From assembly GCA_977016875.1 (NCBI GenBank), contig CDRNST010000097.1, positions 868,001 through 932,000 on the forward strand: DNA of 64,000 bases, in the 5' to 3' direction. The position numbers were made by a program, and so were the translations under genes. The notes beneath the pieces are model-generated. The model worked only from the letters and a program-made list of their open reading frames with translations, was not told the origin of the DNA and made no database searches. The first letter of the stretch is position 1. Each line of letters opens with the position of its first letter. Below, one piece after another: positions 62,153 through 64,000 of this stretch. Source of the stretch: Pavona decussata. Taxonomy: Eukaryota.

Positions 62153-62799
62153 TTGAAAAAGTGAACCTTTTTCAAGGGTCAGATCTGCAAGTGAGTGGCA
62201 AAAAATAGTGAAATTTGGTCTAAAACAAAATAAAGATGTCGCGTATGCGGTGACCAATCTTGTCTGGATACGTCTCCGTTGTCTGCGTAAACTCTGTTAG
62301 TAGCATAGAAAACATATAAAGTACTAATCAACTCACCTATTGAAACTTTGAAACTATCGTTACGTTGATTCTGTCTTTGTTGCTTTTTCTCATTCTGCGT
62401 CTGACAGTTACCTGAAGAGAGTTTAATAGCACGTCAAGACAGGCTGGTTAATGTATCCGTTCTTAAATAGCCTGTGTGGGAAAGGAAGGAGGAGTGTTAA
62501 ACGCGTGTTGGAGGAGCAAGTGGGAGAAGGACGGCGCGGGCAAGAGCGTCAAAGAACGCTATCCCCACGCGTTTCTTGCGCGCGTCTGACTCTCATCTTG
62601 CCCTTACTAGCGGGTTCCACACAGGCTAGTTCGTAAAGGAGATATGCCTTCTATTCTTTGTACTTCTTTTACAAAAGCTAAGGGCATAATAGATGGAAGG
62701 AGACCAAAGTATAATTTCTTCTTTTTAAATTACCCGAATAGTTGTCTGAAAATATAAATAATCGTCTCTGTATATTTTGAGAAATCAGAATCATTTGTC

Positions 62800-62827
62800 G
62801 TTACTATGGTAACAGTTGCTTGGAAAC
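62800..62827. promoter_or_regulatory. Tandem RFX X-box-like motifs
   Basis: GTTACTATGGTAAC-a-GTTGCTTGGAAAC. Confidence 0.4.
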
Positions 62828-64000
62828 TAATGATGCCCCTCGTTGCCCAGGGGGTGGGGGTGTATTGTGCCCCTCTCTTAGACGTCCCTTGAACCGCCAC
62901 TTCCCCCTCGTATGACGATATTATACGGTGTGAGAAATCTCGAACAGTCTACTCAAAGAACAATGCATGTGAGGCCAAGCTAATTCACAGCACTTCAATC
63001 GTTACGAACGTATTAAAATTTCCGAAACCCGAGAAAATTGCAGTTTAATAAATAAGCGGAATAACCGACCAGTTGAGATTTTTCTTTGAGAAGCGAATGG
63101 CAGAAAGTTGAACAAAGTGCACTTATCGATCTGAAACTTGAATTTATATGCGTCATGTCTTGGTGATCAGCATCAAGTTTCTCCTCGTAATATCAATACT
63201 TAATTAATTAAATAGGTAAAGAGAATTACGGATTTGAGCGCCCAAATGGAATTCTCTTAATACTTTCACAATTTATCCCCGCTACTCAGCTATGTAATAA
63301 ATCAATTACAACAAAAATGGATAATTTGTATTTTGATTTTGAAGAGAAACGAGTTCAATTGCAACATATAAATTAAAATTGAAATCAAGAAATAACGCTG
63401 AAAAATGCTCTTTGGCATTAATCCGTGCGTACGACAACAATTTGCAGCGATTTGAAATGAAAGCCGACCTCAATTGGGCTGAGGTTACGCCTCGAATTTG
63501 CAACAAATTGGTTAATGTCTGACGATCAACTAGTATAATTAGCTTCTAGTTTCTGAAACCGGCCGCCAACTGATAAACTAGCCACATCCGACATAACCAT
63601 CCTCAACAAGTATACACTAACTAATAATAAAAAACTTGAGCAAGGTACAATTATTTTACCTGAATTTTGTCAAAGTCGTTTGAATGGTACGAAGTTCTTC
63701 TCGTCTCGCCACGTGCACCACTTCAGATCGTTCTTCAACCATTTGAGTCTTAATCTTCGCGTGGAAATCAAATCTGCGTACTTTGCCGTTCCTCCTTTTA
63801 AATATAGTACTTGCACTCATTACAAGATATTATCTTTTGAATGTAAAAATTAACGGCCAAACTGTTTCAAACGTTTGCAAGCTTTCTCGCTCCCCGCGTT
63901 GAGAAGGTGCGAGTAAAAAGATGAATTTTAATTTCCTCAGTGATAACTTATCTGCATTTCAAATGTTCCCTTGATTTTCCCGCCTCGGTGCTGCCCGTTC

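Larger units (their letters stand above)
59662..63794 (-). pseudogene. Candidate spliced minus-strand gene, pseudogene or lncRNA of unknown product
   Basis: AG/GT-bounded segments 63794-63660, 62411-62337, 60881-60802, 60306-60233, 59776-59662. Four join in one frame with a single TAG (forward 60827-60829). Confidence 0.4.

Overview
AT-rich eukaryotic (animal) genomic DNA with spliceosomal introns and three N-gaps. The repeat families suggest a scleractinian coral, possibly Porites (inference). Genes: (1) two tandem paralogues (~13.4 kb apart) encoding TPR-CHAT caspase-like proteases (TTC28-like), each with a single coding exon and an intact His/Cys dyad; (2) an intronless ~107-aa C4orf45/SPMIP2-like gene; (3) a 14-coding-exon La/SSB gene (25516-40277, ~403 aa) whose second intron is U12-type; (4) a candidate minus-strand spliced gene or pseudogene at 59.6-63.8 kb. 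The rest is dense with MITEs, tRNA-derived SINEs, Penelope/retrozyme remnants with hammerhead cores, 106-bp and ~84-bp tandem repeats, and a 4.6-kb CAGT-derived satellite holding a TIR element. The best candidate for an undescribed system is the TPR-CHAT pair. The two paralogues differ radically on one face of TPR helix A while the protease core is conserved, the pattern expected of a diversifying sensor-protease (innate immune-like) family. Also notable: 18 TACATGTA octamers, matching a Tc1/mariner excision footprint, that I found only in the La locus.
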